Shown here: piece by piece, positions 55,811 through 64,000 of the stretch | Layout: every line of letters starts with the position of its first letter | Numbering within the stretch: the first letter of the stretch is position 1 | NCBI GenBank assembly: GCA_965220965.1 | Contig: OZ244852.1 | Location: 352,001-416,000, forward strand | DNA: 64,000 nucleotides | Origin: Candidatus Marinacidobacterium sp. | Lineage (GTDB): Bacteria; Acidobacteriota; Vicinamibacteria; Marinacidobacterales; Marinacidobacteraceae | Direction of reading: 5' to 3' | Notes under the pieces: model-generated | What the model was told of the DNA's origin: nothing | Seen by the model: the letters and a program-made list of their open reading frames with translations, nothing else | Databases searched by the model: none | Made by a program: the position numbers and the translations under genes

Positions 55811-57948
55811 AGCGTCCTTCCGGACGCGCCGCCGGAGCGATCGGCCTGGCGGGGGCGTTGCTCGCGGCCGTCCCGGCCACCGGGCAGGAGCGGGCGGAAA
55901 TGGCCCCCCGGCACCGGGTCTTCCTCGACGAGGAGGTGGTCTACATCATCTCCCGGGCCGAGCGCGAGGCGTTTGAGGCTCTCGAGGGCGAGGACCTCCG
56001 GGACGCCTTCATCGACGCCTTCTGGCGTCGCCGGGACCCGGATCCCACGACCGCGGAGAACGAGTTCCGCGAGGAGCACTTCGCCCGGATCGCCTACGCC
56101 AACGAGTTCTACGGCCGGGACACCGGGCGCGAGGGCTGGCGCACCGACCGGGGGCGCTTCCACATCGTGCTGGGCCCGCCGAGAACGAAGGAAGACCTGT
56201 CCCATTCCGACGCGATCTATCCGGTCGAGCTGTGGTTCTACAACGATCCGGCGCTCCAGGAGATGGGGATCCCGCCGTTCTTCCACCTGCTCTTCTTCCG
56301 CCGCTTCGGCGCCGGCGAAATGCGGCTCTACAGCCCGGTGGAGGACGGACCGCAGGCGCTGCTGGTCGCGCCGTCCCCCTTCATCCAGGGGGACTTCCGG
56401 CTGGCGCAGGAACAGGCCTACGACGACCTCTACATCATCAGCCCGGAACTCGCCTCCGCGGCTCTCTCCTTCCGGACCGACGAGGGCTCGAGCTTCGGCG
56501 ACATCCGGGGGTTCGGGACCGTCTCGCTCCTCGACGAGATCTACCGCGCGCCGACCTTCGGACTGGACACGAGCTACGCGGAACGCTTCGAACCGGGCGT
56601 CGTGGAGAGCGATTACCTGTTCCACTTCGTCGCCAGCGACGGCGTCTTTCATGTCCTGCCCGGTCCGGGGGGGTACTACCTCCACTGGGCGATCGAGGTT
56701 CCTCCCTCCAGCCTCTCGGTCGTCCGCGATCCGGAGACCGGACGCCACGGAGCGGTCTTCATCGCCTCGATCGAAGTCACCGGTCGCGAAGACCCGGAGC
56801 GGATCCTCTACGAGGACCGCGCCGAGTCGTTCTTCGCGGTCTCCGCCGACGAGGCCGCGGCGCTCGGCCGTCCCTTCCTCTTCCGCGGCGTCGTTCCGGT
56901 GATCGCCGGCGATGCGGAGTTCCGGGTGGTCCTGCGCAACCGGGCGTGTCCCAGCCGTGAGGAGGAGGAGTGCCTGCGGGCCTACACGCTGCTGGTCGGG
57001 GCCTTCGAGGTTCCCCGGCTGCAGTTCGACGCCCCCGACCTGACCCCTCCGGTGCTCGGCTGGTCCACCGAAACCCTCGGCGGCGCGCCGCTCTACCGAA
57101 GTTACCGCTTCGGAGGCCGTCGCATTTCCCCGAGTCCGGCCCGGGTGTTCGCGGCGAGCGATTCGCTCACGCTGCTTTCCGAGCCGCTGAACGCCCCGGA
57201 GGGCGCCCGGGTGGAATGGAAGGTGGCCCCCGATCCGGAGGACCCGGCTTCGGCGGTGCGAACCTCCGCCGTCCTCGAGGGGTCGGTCGCCGCGTCGATC
57301 GAACGCGACGGTCCGCTCATCCTTCGCCAGCCGCTCGACGGCCTGCCCGGGGGGCGCTACCTGGTGGAGGTCCGGCTGGTCGAAGCTGGCGGAGCGGTGG
57401 TGGCGCGCCGGGAGGAGCGGTTCAGCGTCACGCCGAGGGCCCGCGTCGTCCGGCCGGCGGTGGACGGCGGCATCGGCGAGTTCCGGGCGGAGGTCGCCGG
57501 CGCCCCCGAGCTGGCCAGGGCGCGGCAGTGGGAGGCGCGGGGAGACCGGGCGAGCGCGCGCGCCTTCGCCGAGGCCAGCGTCGAGGTCGGGCCCGGGTTT
57601 GCGCCCGCGCGGGAGTTCCTGGCCGGACTTCTGCTGCGCGACGAGTCAGCCGCCGACCCGCCGCGCGTCGTGGAGCTGCTGGCCCCGGTCTTCGAGGCGC
57701 ATCCCGACCGCTACCAGACGGCCCGGCGCCTCGGAGAGGCCCGGGTTCGCAGCGGCGACTTCGAGGGCGCGGTCGCGCCGCTCACCCGGGCGATGGAGCT
57801 GCGACCGCCCGACGCCGATCTTCTTGTGCTGCTCGCGACCGCCCGGCTGGTGCTGGGGGATGAGGCGGAGGCGGCCCGGTTGCTGGACCGCGCCTACGCC
57901 CTCGACCCCGACAACGAGCGGGTTCTGGCGTTGCGCCGGCGCGGCTGA
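55807..57948 (+). CDS. GWxTD domain protein with C-terminal TPRs
   Basis: YIIS..E, FWRRRDPDP..NEFREEH..RI.YAN..GWRTDRG. Signal peptide. ATGA overlap with the upstream gene. Confidence 0.9.
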   Translation: MKRPSGRAAGAIGLAGALLAAVPATGQERAEMAPRHRVFLDEEVVYIISRAEREAFEALEGEDLRDAFIDAFWRRRDPDPTTAENEFREEHFARIAYANEFYGRDTGREGWRTDRGRFHIVLGPPRTKEDLSHSDAIYPVELWFYNDPALQEMGIPPFFHLLFFRRFGAGEMRLYSPVEDGPQALLVAPSPFIQGDFRLAQEQAYDDLYIISPELASAALSFRTDEGSSFGDIRGFGTVSLLDEIYRAPTFGLDTSYAERFEPGVVESDYLFHFVASDGVFHVLPGPGGYYLHWAIEVPPSSLSVVRDPETGRHGAVFIASIEVTGREDPERILYEDRAESFFAVSADEAAALGRPFLFRGVVPVIAGDAEFRVVLRNRACPSREEEECLRAYTLLVGAFEVPRLQFDAPDLTPPVLGWSTETLGGAPLYRSYRFGGRRISPSPARVFAASDSLTLLSEPLNAPEGARVEWKVAPDPEDPASAVRTSAVLEGSVAASIERDGPLILRQPLDGLPGGRYLVEVRLVEAGGAVVARREERFSVTPRARVVRPAVDGGIGEFRAEVAGAPELARARQWEARGDRASARAFAEASVEVGPGFAPAREFLAGLLLRDESAADPPRVVELLAPVFEAHPDRYQTARRLGEARVRSGDFEGAVAPLTRAMELRPPDADLLVLLATARLVLGDEAEAARLLDRAYALDPDNERVLALRRRG

Positions 57949-57958
57949 GTCGTCGCGC

Positions 57959-57997
57959 AAAAGGGAAAGGGCGGCGGGCCGTTCGGCCCGCCGCCCT
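57959..57997 (-). terminator. Rho-independent terminator, possibly bidirectional
   Basis: Perfect 13-bp stem AGGGCGGCGGGCC-GTTC-GGCCCGCCGCCCT between convergent genes, followed by TTCCCTTTT on the minus strand. Confidence 0.8.
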
Positions 57998-58013
57998 CGA
58001 ATGGGTCCTGGCG

Positions 58014-60884
58014 TCAGAACCGGTAGCGCGCTCCCAGCTTGTAGGTCCGCGGCTCGAGGAAGCCGATGACCCGGCCGTAGGCCGAGCCGGCGCGGATGAT
58101 CTGGTTCAGCACCGGGTTCGCGTTCGTCACGTTGAAGCCGTCGAAGAACAGCGACAACTGGTCGCGGGACCAGAACGAGAGGTTCACCTCGGCGCGGAGG
58201 TCGAGGATGTAGACATCGTCCGATCGCTCGGTCATGTCGGAAAGCGGCACCTGGTTCGTTCCCGCCGCGCCCGGAATCGAGACCGCGAACAGCGGCGCGT
58301 AGTTCCAGCCGCTCTGCGCCCGGTACTGGAAGGAGAGCGCCGCCGGGATCCTCGAGAACTGATAGCGGCCGATGGCCTTCAGGTTCCAGTTGGTGTGCTG
58401 CTGCTTGGTGCTCACCGCCGAGTTCCAGTTGAGCCCGGCTCCCTGGATGCCGAGCGTCCAGGGGTCGGCCTGGGTGTCAGCGCTCCCGCTGCTGCCGCAG
58501 CAGACGAGCTCGTTCCGCCACTGGTAGTGGAAGCTGCCCTGGAGGAACAGCCCGCTCCGGAACCGCCGGCCGAGGCCGATCTCGAGGTTGTCGTAGTCGT
58601 TCGAGTCCAGTCCGGCGGGGCCGGTCCGGACCTCGTTCGCGGTTGCGGTGCCCGCGGGCGGCCGGGTCAGCGTCGTGAGCTGCTGGAACCCCTCGGGCGT
58701 CGGGCAGGGGAAGATCTCGTCGCCGCAGAGGATCGCGTTGTTCAGCAGCGCATCGAGGAGCGCCGGCCGGTAGGTGTCGAAGACGTTCCGGTCCATCTTG
58801 CGGACGTAGGAGAGCCGCAGGTTGGTCTCCGGGAGGATCTCGCTCTCGAGCGAGGCGGTGATCTCGTCGTAGTAGCGCTTCTGCGAAAGGTCCACCGGGA
58901 CGCCGCCCTCGACGCGGCCCACCGGGAGACCGGTCCCGGAGGACTGGCTCAGCAGCGCCCCGAGTTCGTTCTGCCCGTCGTAGATCCCGTTGCCATTCGG
59001 GTCGTTGAACTCGAAGACCACCGACTGGAACGCGGCGGGGTTCGCGCCGACGAAACCGTCGGGCCCGACGTTATGGGTGTAGCGGCTCGCCGAGGCCTTG
59101 ACCACGGTGCGGCCCTCGCCCGTCAGGTCGTACGTGACGGCGAACCGGGGGTAGAAGTCGTTCCAGGTGAAGATGCCCTTCTTCTGGATCGAGACGCCGC
59201 TCAGGAAGAACTCGGGATGCTCGGGCGAGAGGTCGGAGGAGTTGTAGTACCCGTGCTGATTCGCGATCCGGATGCCGGCGGTGAGCGTGAGCCGGGGGTT
59301 GATCTGCCAGGTGTCCTGGGCGAAGAAGTGGAGGTTCCGGTCGCGGGTGTCGGATCGGGCCGTCGGGACGTTCGCGAACAGGATCTCCGAAATCCCGAGC
59401 GGGTTCGACGGGGAGATCAGGCTGGAGCGGTCGCGGTACTGGATCGCGCCGGACTCGAAGTTCGAGAAGAAGAGCCGGGCGTCCTCCATGTAGTCCACGC
59501 CGAACTTCAGGTCGTGGCTCCCGGCGGCGTCCGGGATGTAGTAGTTCAGGATCCCGACGAACTGCGGCCGCTCCTTGTCATAGGTGAACGGCCAGACGCC
59601 GGCGCCCGTCCGGCGCGTGGTGTCCAGATCGACCCGGGGCGGATTGGTTCCGGGGTCCACCGCGGGCACCATCGGCCAGGTGACGCCGTAGTACATCGCC
59701 TTCACGTTCGAGAACGCCCGGTCGTTCCAGACGCGCTGCCACTCCGCCTTGTGGACCCACGTCCACGAGTCCTGCGCCAGCCGCACATCGGGGGAGTTCA
59801 GCGCGTTGATGCCGCGGTTCGGCCGGTTCTTGAGGCCCCACTGGCTGTAGCCGATGAGTTCGTCCTTTTCGGAGAGCGCCATGTTCACTTTGGCGTAGTA
59901 GTTCCGGAGGACGGCCTCTTCCTTGATGACCTCGGGGTCGAGGCCGGTGATCGCGCGGTGGGTCAGGTTGTTGTTGTAGGCGAGAAAGAACCAGGCCCTG
60001 TCGCGCAGGATCGGCCCGCCGACATCGGCGTGGGCCTCCCAGTAGGTGATCATGTGGTTCGTGCTGGCGCCCCGGCTCTCGAGCTCGGAGGTCAGGTTCT
60101 CCCCCACGAAGCCCTCGCCGAGATAGTCGGCGTAGAGCAGCGCCGAGAGGTCGTTCCCCCCGGTCTTGATGTCCATCACGATCGTGTTCCCGGCCCAGGC
60201 GTTCTCCACGTCGGCGCCGGCGTTCGAAATGTTGAACTGGTTCACCGTAAGGCTGTCCATGTAGAACCCGAACCCTCCGGTCGAGAAGTTCGAGTCGACC
60301 CCGTCGATCACGATCCGGTTCTGGTCGCGCAGGCCGAAGGCGTCAAAGCCGGACTGCTGCGCCTTGTGCGAGCCGGCCACATCGAACCCCCGCATGCGGA
60401 TGCCGGGCGTCAGCGCGAGCATGGCGTGCGGGTCGGTCGAGTTCGGGACCTCGAGGATCGCGGTGTCGTCGAAGGTCCCGCCGAAACGGCTGGACCTCAC
60501 GTCCACCACCGGCGATTCCCCGGTCACCGTGACGGTCTCGGCGACCGCCGCGACGGTGAGCGTCTGGTTCACCGTGAACGTCTGTCCGGTGACCACCGTC
60601 ACGTCCTCCCGGACGACGGTGGCGAAGCCGGACAGCTCGAACGTCATCGTGTAGCTGCCGGCCGGGAGTCCCTGGAACCGGAACGAGCCGTCCACATCCG
60701 TCACTGCGACCCGGCTTCCCAGGAGCGCGTCGGACTCGAGGGTCACGGTGACCCCCGGAAGCGAGAGGCCCTGCTCGTCGCGGGCGGCGCCGTCGAGCCT
60801 CCCGGCGGTAATCTGCGCGAACGCAAACCCCGGGATCAGAAGGAGGGCGACGATCGCCGCCGTTCGCACTCGTCTCGATTTCAT
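58014..60884 (-). CDS. Oar-like TonB-dependent receptor with carboxypeptidase-regulatory-like domain
   Basis: Signal peptide, D..G..LPGVTVTL, ETVTVTGESPVVD, GGPILRDRAWFF, FFAQDTWQ..LTL..G.R and a C-terminal YRF. RBS AAGGAG. Confidence 0.9.
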   Translation of the reverse strand: MKSRRVRTAAIVALLLIPGFAFAQITAGRLDGAARDEQGLSLPGVTVTLESDALLGSRVAVTDVDGSFRFQGLPAGSYTMTFELSGFATVVREDVTVVTGQTFTVNQTLTVAAVAETVTVTGESPVVDVRSSRFGGTFDDTAILEVPNSTDPHAMLALTPGIRMRGFDVAGSHKAQQSGFDAFGLRDQNRIVIDGVDSNFSTGGFGFYMDSLTVNQFNISNAGADVENAWAGNTIVMDIKTGGNDLSALLYADYLGEGFVGENLTSELESRGASTNHMITYWEAHADVGGPILRDRAWFFLAYNNNLTHRAITGLDPEVIKEEAVLRNYYAKVNMALSEKDELIGYSQWGLKNRPNRGINALNSPDVRLAQDSWTWVHKAEWQRVWNDRAFSNVKAMYYGVTWPMVPAVDPGTNPPRVDLDTTRRTGAGVWPFTYDKERPQFVGILNYYIPDAAGSHDLKFGVDYMEDARLFFSNFESGAIQYRDRSSLISPSNPLGISEILFANVPTARSDTRDRNLHFFAQDTWQINPRLTLTAGIRIANQHGYYNSSDLSPEHPEFFLSGVSIQKKGIFTWNDFYPRFAVTYDLTGEGRTVVKASASRYTHNVGPDGFVGANPAAFQSVVFEFNDPNGNGIYDGQNELGALLSQSSGTGLPVGRVEGGVPVDLSQKRYYDEITASLESEILPETNLRLSYVRKMDRNVFDTYRPALLDALLNNAILCGDEIFPCPTPEGFQQLTTLTRPPAGTATANEVRTGPAGLDSNDYDNLEIGLGRRFRSGLFLQGSFHYQWRNELVCCGSSGSADTQADPWTLGIQGAGLNWNSAVSTKQQHTNWNLKAIGRYQFSRIPAALSFQYRAQSGWNYAPLFAVSIPGAAGTNQVPLSDMTERSDDVYILDLRAEVNLSFWSRDQLSLFFDGFNVTNANPVLNQIIRAGSAYGRVIGFLEPRTYKLGARYRF

Positions 60885-61182
60885 GGACTCGGTTCTCCTT
60901 GTGTTCAGGCTCAGGTCCGTCGGGCCGTTTGCGCCGGCCGGTTTCGCCCGCGCTCCCGGTTGGTCGCCGGCGGAGATCCCGCTGGCGACCGGCGCCTCCC
61001 GGCGCTCCGGGGGCGTTGCGCAAGGAGCGAACCAGCCCGAGGCGGCGCGAGAGGCCACATAAGGTGTTGATCTTCTGTTTCTTTCGACGGCTTTGTCAAG
61101 AACCCGTTTCTTGCGGAAACTCCATGAAGTTGGATCCATCCGGGAAATTGGCGCGTTCCGGCCTCGGAGCGGGCGGCGGGCC

Positions 61183-62052
61183 GTGAGTTCCAGGCGGGCG
61201 CCGGCCGGGCTCCTCCGCGCTCTGGAGGTGCGCCCGGAGATCGAATCCGAAGCCGAGATCGACCGGCGGGTGGACTTCCTGGACCAGTATCTCGAGGCCA
61301 GCGGGCAGGCCACCCTTTGGCTCGCGGTGTCCGGGGGCGTCGACTCGGCGCTCTGCGGGCGGCTGTGCTCGCTGGCGGTCGCGCGCCGGAACCGGGAGGG
61401 AAGGGAGGCCCGCCTGGTGGCGGTCCGCCTGCCGTACGGGACCCAGCTCGACGAGGCCGACGCGGCCCGCGCGCTCGAGTGGATCGAGCCGACCGAAGTC
61501 GTGCGCGTGGACATCGAGGCGGCGGTTCACGGCCTCGAGAGCAGCCTGCCGGCGACGCGGCTGGAGGGACGGCCCGACCGGGCCCTCGACTTCGCCCGGG
61601 GCAACACCAAGGCGAGGATGCGCATGGCGGTCCAGTACCACCTGGCGAACGTGGAGGGCGGGCTGGTCGTCGGGACAGACCACGCGGCCGAGGCGGTGGT
61701 CGGCTTCTTCACCAAGTTCGGTGACGGCGCCGTGGATGTCGCTCCGCTCTTCGGCCTGACGAAGCGTCAGGTCCGGAGTCTGGCGCGACATCTGGGGCTC
61801 CCGGAGGACATCGTGACGAAGGCCCCGAGCGCCGACCTCGAGGATCTGCGTCCGGGGTTCCCCGATGAGGAGGCGCTTGGGCTCCGCTACGACGAGATCG
61901 ACGACTTTCTCGAGGGCCGCCCGGTTCCCGGGGCGGTGGCGGACCGGATCGAGGCGCTCTACCGGTCCACCGGGCACAAGCGGCGGCCGCCGGTGACGCC
62001 GGGGGACCGCTGGTGGGCGCCCGCCGTCAGGTCTGCTGCAGAAGGTAGGTGA
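61183..62052 (+). CDS. nadE: NH3-dependent NAD+ synthetase
   Basis: SGGVDS, RLPYG.Q.DE, GNTKARMRM, GTDHAAE..GFFTKFGDG, PSADLE. Confidence 0.93.
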   Translation: MSSRRAPAGLLRALEVRPEIESEAEIDRRVDFLDQYLEASGQATLWLAVSGGVDSALCGRLCSLAVARRNREGREARLVAVRLPYGTQLDEADAARALEWIEPTEVVRVDIEAAVHGLESSLPATRLEGRPDRALDFARGNTKARMRMAVQYHLANVEGGLVVGTDHAAEAVVGFFTKFGDGAVDVAPLFGLTKRQVRSLARHLGLPEDIVTKAPSADLEDLRPGFPDEEALGLRYDEIDDFLEGRPVPGAVADRIEALYRSTGHKRRPPVTPGDRWWAPAVRSAAEGR

Positions 62053-62626
62053 CGAGGCCGACCGCGACGACCCGGTCGTTGTCTTCCACGATCTCGATCC
62101 GGCAGGCCACCAGGGTGCGGCCCTTCCGCACGACCTCGCCGATCGCCAGCAGATCGCCCTGGACGACGCCCAGGATGTTCACCTTGAACTCCACAAGGCG
62201 GATGCCGACGGTGGGGGCGATCGAGGCGGCGGCGAAGTGGCCGGCCGCGACGCAGAGGGTCCCCACGACGCCCCCCTCAAGCGGGCCCGGTTCGGTGTTC
62301 GGGCTCACCCCTGGCAGGTGAATCCGGGAGACCCCGTCATCGGCGTAGTCCAGGCGCAGCCGAAGCCCGCGCGCCAGCGGCGCCTGCTCGAGTTCGGTCT
62401 GGAACCGCTGATGGCGCGAGGTCTTCTCGCGTCCGGCGGCGGAAGCGGCGTCGCCCAGCGAACTCATCGCCTCGATCCGCGCCGACGACAACTCCTTCTG
62501 TGGAGGCGGTTTCTCCTCGGGCGGCTGGGCGCCCCGCCGCTGCGCGTGGAACGATTCGTCCGGGCTGCGGGGCCGCCTCGCGGGCGCCGCGTCCCCGTCG
62601 TTCCGGGGCGGGGCCGGCTTCGTCAT
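62027..62626 (-). CDS. PaaI-like hotdog-fold thioesterase with disordered N-terminus
   Basis: LEGGVVGTL, VEFKVNIL, GEVVRKGRTL. Confidence 0.7.
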   Translation of the reverse strand: MTKPAPPRNDGDAAPARRPRSPDESFHAQRRGAQPPEEKPPPQKELSSARIEAMSSLGDAASAAGREKTSRHQRFQTELEQAPLARGLRLRLDYADDGVSRIHLPGVSPNTEPGPLEGGVVGTLCVAAGHFAAASIAPTVGIRLVEFKVNILGVVQGDLLAIGEVVRKGRTLVACRIEIVEDNDRVVAVGLVTYLLQQT

Positions 62627-62860
62627 GGAGGGGCGCTGTCTGTCCGGGGGAGCCCGGCCCCGGGCCGCCGGCCGGAGAGCCCGCTCCAACCGCCGTAGAG
62701 CCTGCCCATGGTATCAGGATCCAACGGACCGCCGACGGTCCCGAAGCCGTCCGGGCGGCCGGCTCGTCCGCCCGAACCCGCGTCCGGAGGCCGGGTTCCG
62801 CGGAGGGGCGGCGTAACATTCCGGCGGTGGTGAGTGGTTTCGCGCGCGTCGGAAGCTTCC

Positions 62861-64000
62861 ATGCCTGAGGACGGGGTCCCCGGCGGCGGGCCCTTCGATG
62901 TCGTCGTCATCGGAAGCGGCCCCGGGGGCTACGTGGCCGCGCTCCGGGCGGCGGCGGCCGGGCTTCGCGTCGCGGTGGTGGAGCGCGACGCGCGCTTTGG
63001 AGGAACCTGCCTCCACGTCGGGTGCATTCCCAGCAAGGTGTTTCTCCACACCGCTTCGCTGCTCGATGAGATCCGCGCCGCGAAGACCCACGGCGTCGTC
63101 GTGGCCGAGCCGGAGCTCGACTGGGATGCGATGCGGAAGCGAAGCCGCCGCGTCATCGCGAAGCTCGCCGGGGGCATCGGGATGCTGTTCCGGCGCTCCG
63201 GCGTCGCCGCGTTCCGCGGAACCGGACGGCTCGCCGGACCGGGCGCGGTGGAGGTCACTCCGGCGGACGCGGAGGGCGAGGTCGTGCGGCTCGAGGCCCG
63301 CAACACGATCCTCGCCACCGGCTCCACCGCCCGCGTCCTCCCGTTTCTTCCGGTGGACGAGGACCGGGTGCTGACCAACGCCGGGATGTTCAACCTGCCC
63401 GAGGTCCCGGCCCAGCTCGGGATCATCGGCGCCGGCGCGGTGGGCGCCGAGTTCGCCTCCATGTTCCGGTCGTACGGGTCCGAGGTGGACCTCTTCGAGG
63501 CGCTCCCGCGCGTCCTGCCGCTGGAAGACGCCGAAGTGTCGGACGTCGTGCGGAAGGCGTTCCAGCGGCGCCGCATCGGAATCCACACCTCGGCGATGGT
63601 CGAATCGGCCGAGGTCTCGGACTCCGGAGTCTCGGTCCGCTACAAGGTGGACGGCAAGGCCTCGGAAGCCCGCTACGACCGGCTGCTGGTGGCGGTGGGG
63701 CGAGCCCCCCGGACCTCCGATGTGGGACTCGGGACCGTGGGAATCGAGGCCGGGGCCGGGGGCTTTCTCTCGGTGGACGGCGCCTGCCGCACGACGGCCC
63801 CGGGGGTGTTCGCCATCGGCGACATCGTGGCGAGCGCCCAGCTCGCCCACGTGGCCTCCGCCGAGGCCGAGAGCGCGGTCGCCGCGATCGCGGGCCGGGA
63901 CGCTCCGCCGCTCCGCCGCGAGCGGCTGCCGGCGGCGACCTACTGCGTCCCCGAGGTCGGCTCGGTCGGCCTCACCGAGGAGGCGGCGGCCGAGGCGGGA
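62861..64000 (+). CDS. lpdA: Dihydrolipoamide dehydrogenase (3' end runs off the window)
   Basis: Manual translation gives FDVVVIGSGPGGYVAA, GGTCLHVGCIPSK, ILATGS, IGAGAVGAE, AIGD..QLAHVA. Confidence 0.92.
   Translation, partial: MPEDGVPGGGPFDVVVIGSGPGGYVAALRAAAAGLRVAVVERDARFGGTCLHVGCIPSKVFLHTASLLDEIRAAKTHGVVVAEPELDWDAMRKRSRRVIAKLAGGIGMLFRRSGVAAFRGTGRLAGPGAVEVTPADAEGEVVRLEARNTILATGSTARVLPFLPVDEDRVLTNAGMFNLPEVPAQLGIIGAGAVGAEFASMFRSYGSEVDLFEALPRVLPLEDAEVSDVVRKAFQRRRIGIHTSAMVESAEVSDSGVSVRYKVDGKASEARYDRLLVAVGRAPRTSDVGLGTVGIEAGAGGFLSVDGACRTTAPGVFAIGDIVASAQLAHVASAEAESAVAAIAGRDAPPLRRERLPAATYCVPEVGSVGLTEEAAAEAG

Noticed and set aside
61053-61070. NrdR-box-like ACACCTTATGTGG (minus strand)
   Set aside because: Single copy with several mismatches and no ribonucleotide reductase gene nearby.
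1-64000. CRISPR arrays, tRNA/rRNA, integrases/transposases, prophage or recognisable defence operons
   Set aside because: No regularly spaced repeats, cloverleaf or rRNA signatures, or such protein motifs were seen by eye. Covariance-model scans were not run.
1-64000. Selenoprotein UGA read-through prompted by selB
   Set aside because: The recognised genes appear full length at their TGA stops, and no redox-motif UGA with a downstream SECIS-like hairpin was identified.

Overview
A very GC-rich (about 70%, by eye) chromosomal segment with about 56 protein-coding genes. It most likely comes from an Acidobacteriota-type Gram-negative bacterium; this is inferred from a GWxTD protein, Oar-like and CarboxypepD_reg TonB-dependent receptors, a VPS10/BNR hydrolase and an ECF/anti-sigma/PDZ cassette. 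I saw no rRNA, tRNA, CRISPR array, prophage or transposase. Left end (1-11.6 kb): a phosphate-starvation neighbourhood with phoR/phoB, pheA, a TonB-dependent receptor plus beta-helix-type lipoprotein plus small lipoprotein operon, an exported hypothetical protein, apaH and ppx. PHO-box-like 11-bp-spaced TGTCA(C/T) repeats lie in front of the receptor and the hypothetical gene. Middle: selB, fur, larC-tatD-polyprenyl synthase-DUF309-sigma54 regulator, gcvP-nitrilase, a divergent creatininase-family gene, an orphan ~184-bp MITE-like element abutting thyA-folA-ridA, an M16 peptidase pair, ggt and an argR-C-D-F'-B operon. Right: ECF sigma cassette, Tat-exported PLP aminotransferase, class A beta-lactamase-like protein, VPS10 hydrolase, M20 amidohydrolase, a tiny PD-(D/E)XK-like protein, a His-motif membrane/TPR protein coupled to a GWxTD protein, a second TonB receptor, nadE, paaI-like and lpdA. 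The best candidates for undescribed biology are the PHO-regulated receptor/lipoprotein module with its orphan exported protein, and the His-membrane-TPR/GWxTD pair. Family calls rest on motif recognition only; no database search was run, and several start codons are my own re-assignments.
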